Positions 61,101 through 64,000 of a DNA stretch of 64,000 bases are shown in pieces. The stretch lies in the NCBI RefSeq assembly GCF_048593235.1, contig NC_133622.1, positions 193,533,198 through 193,597,197 on the forward strand, given 5' to 3'. Every line of letters starts with the position of its first letter. Positions within the stretch are counted from its first letter, which is position 1. The position numbers and the translations under genes were made by a program. The notes under the pieces were generated by a model that worked only from the letters and a program-made list of their open reading frames with translations, ran no database searches and was not told the DNA's origin. The stretch is from Sminthopsis crassicaudata (lineage: Eukaryota).

Positions 61101-62404
61101 GGGGGCTTAGATGTTCTTACAACCAGATGTCTCTGCTCTGGCCATGCCCTTTCATTACCATTCTCCTTCTTTGGAATTCTCTTTTATTTGGAATTTTCCT
61201 TGCTTCCTAGCTCCTTATTACCTATGACATCTAAAGTAAACCCTGTCCCTGCCTATTGCTCATCAAAGAGCAATATATTGTAAAGGGCAATCCAAGTGGA
61301 TGTATATCCAACTGGGATAAGCGACTTCACAGTACATCACATCATTCTCCTCTGGATACCTGGTGTGACCTGAATTGGGAGGGAAGCTCTGATTGCCTTC
61401 ATATCCTGCCCTAAACTCTTTCATTGACTTAATTCACACATCTCATGTGAGTAACATCCTTCTGGATGTTGCTGGGCTGCTGCCTTTTAGCTCATCTTGG
61501 CTTATTCTGTTGCTTCTACCCTAATATCTTGGGGATTCTTCCCACACCCATTTGATCTTAAGTCCAGGCCAGCAAATTTCCTGCCAAGCCTTATTCCTGG
61601 ATCTCTTCAAAATGCAATGGGCCCCTTGCCAGGAGTCCTCCTCACTAGCATCGTCAGTCCTAATCCAGCTGATTAAGCACTATTCCTATGCTGTGATCGC
61701 TTTGTGAACTTTGTGGGTGGAAGTGAGGGAGGGGAATTCAGCATCAAGTTGAATTTGCTTTTTTCCCCTTCTGGATCATGGAAAAACTATGAGCTGCTTT
61801 CTTCTGGGAATCTTTTCCTTTCCTCCCCCTTGTGAGGGGAAAGATGTACAGCAATTACTTGGTGATTAATGAGAATGTAGGAGGATCATTGCCAAAAACC
61901 AGAACAAAATTCAATTCAGCACTTATTATACTGCTGCTAATAATAAGAGGATCTCATGCTTTCCTAGCATTTTCCCCACAACACTTCAAGGAAAGTAGCG
62001 CAAGTATTATTACTTCCAGATGAGAAAACTGTGACTCAATTGGGTGACATGTGGAGGGTCACATCAGCACAAGTGGCAGAGCTACTCCTAAGTCCAGAGC
62101 TCCCTTCACCAAATATACCAGTCATGATGTCTTAGTAATATAAGAAGAAACCAACAGTCCCTATCATCCTGTCAAGAGATAGCCTGCTTGGCAAAGAAGG
62201 ATTCTGGGAATATAACATGGATCTATAAACTTGAGTGAGAAAGATAGGAAGGCAAATCTCTAAAAGTGTGGGCAGAGAACAGATGAGACTAGTCTCTTCT
62301 GCTCTAAGTACTTAACTCACAACAGCCCTTTTAAAGTACATTTTTACCAATGAGAGAACACTGAAGCTAATAGAGGAATATGAGTTAGGGTATTTTACTA
62401 TTAT

Positions 62405-62680
62405 GAGAGGCATCTAGGTGGCTCATCAGATAGAGCACCAGTTCTAGAATCAGAAAGTCCTGAGTTCAAATGTGATCTCAGACACTTAATAACTCTGTTA
62501 CCCTGGGAAAACCACATAACTGTTTGCCTCAGTTTCCTCATCTGTAAAATAAACTGAAGAAAGAAATGGAAAACCATTAATAGGAACCCAAATAATGGGA
62601 AAATCATTTCTGTATCTTTGCCAAGAAAACCTCAAATGGGGTCATGAAGAACTGGACACAAATGAATGACAATAAAAACA
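62405..62680 (+). mobile_element. CORE-SINE (MAR1-like)
   Basis: gaggcatctaggtggc...gagttcaaatgtg...tgtttgcctcagtttcctcatctgtaaaat...gccaagaaaacctcaaatggggtcatgaag. Confidence 0.75.
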
Positions 62681-64000
62681 ATGAGAGAGAATTCTGGAGC
62701 TAATAGAGAACCTTTTAAGTTAGGGCATTTTTACAAAGGAAAAAACAACACAATGAGATGAAATAATTACCCCAATGGGGGCAGCTATTTAGTGACAGAA
62801 AGAGAACTTATATCCAGTTATCTTGACTCAGACTAGGTATTTAGGAAGAAGTAAGCTTTTTGGCTCTGAATTCCTTAGGGAAATGGATCTAACCGTTAGA
62901 TGGCCAGAACTAAAGCAAGTCAGAGACAGGAGAGTCAGGACACAGATGGAAGTTTAATTTTAAAGTGAGGAAAATGGCTTGCAAGCAAGAATACATATGT
63001 TGCCAAGCCTTTATGTATTTTAGCAGTTTAATTAAAAAGGTAATAAAAGGAAAAGTACTTGTGAAACAAGGATAGAGCTCCTCAAGTGTAGGTAATAGGA
63101 GAATAGAGAATACCTTACCTGGCAAGTAGAGGGATGACCCAAGGGTTAGCTGAGTCTTAACAAGTAGAATAAGGGAATGAATTAGATGTTCTTCCTCAGT
63201 AAAGGACTACTGCTGTAACTGCAGATAGTTTAGGAAGTTGTATGAACCAGAAAAAACAAACAAAAAAAACACCTTTTCTGCCCCTACTTTGGTCCTTAGG
63301 GCTCAGTTTAACAGTTAAAATGTCAAAGTCTCATTTGCATACAATATTTCATAAATTTTCCACAAAATTGGCTTATTACTTTGCCCCCACCCAGGACTCT
63401 GGGAAAATCTCCAAAAACATAGTCATATTTTATTTCCCATTAAGACTCTTATCTCCTTCTCCATTTTTCATAAATCAAAAGGAAATATACTCCCATTATA
63501 ATTTACTGCAAGAAATTACACCACCAGAAAATACAATACCAGCTCACTCTGCTGGTAATTCTGGCCAGCCAGAATCTTCATGGCCACCAGCAGCTGGTGC
63601 CACTTTAATGTCTAGTTAATATATAATGTTTAGTTCATGACTCCAAAAAGCAGTTGAGAAAGGAGGTGTATAGAATAGGAGGAGGAAGACAAGGAGAAAG
63701 GAGGAGGGTCTTTCTGCCCATTCCCCATCCCCGGTATCATAGACATAGAATAGTTGACTATATTCTTGATGCATCCTGAGTGATTTGTTAAGCAATTCAT
63801 CAGAGAATCAGTTCATCAAAATTCAAGCTCTCCTCTCTCAGGGACACAGTGTGTGTTGTGCGTAGCACCTATTAGTCTCCTAATCTCTAGTTAGCATCTT
63901 GCTAACAAGTGTTTCCAGTGTCCCAGCAGCCTTAGCATCTAACTCCCAATGCCTGAAAGTAAGAGAAGGAGTACTCCATTCAGGTGACTCCCTCTTAGCA

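Overview
Marsupial genomic DNA, judged from tRNA-derived WSINE1-type and CORE/MAR1 SINEs (probably a dasyurid; inference). The gene order matches the human 20p13 block. From left to right: the 3' end of EBF4 (+); an intact single-coding-exon NAT8/camello-family acetyltransferase (-) that has no counterpart at this position in human as far as I recall; a complete 14-exon CPXM1 (-, 820 aa, every splice phase consistent) with a much enlarged Pro/Thr/Ser-rich exon 1; an unrecognised two-exon gene (+, 224 aa) head-to-head with CPXM1; C20orf141 (+); and TMEM239 (+). The unrecognised gene has GC boxes, a Kozak ATG, an in-frame GT-AG intron and an AATAAA. It encodes an Asp-Gly acidic repeat and a C-terminal hydrophobic hairpin that aligns with C20orf141 and TMEM239, so it may be a third member of a small tandem membrane-protein family. 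The rest is L1, L2 and L3 fragments, SINEs, a probable solo LTR, a hAT-like MITE, microsatellites, three N gaps and a few weakly supported cryptic exon candidates. All identifications come from recalled protein sequences and manual translation; no searches were run.
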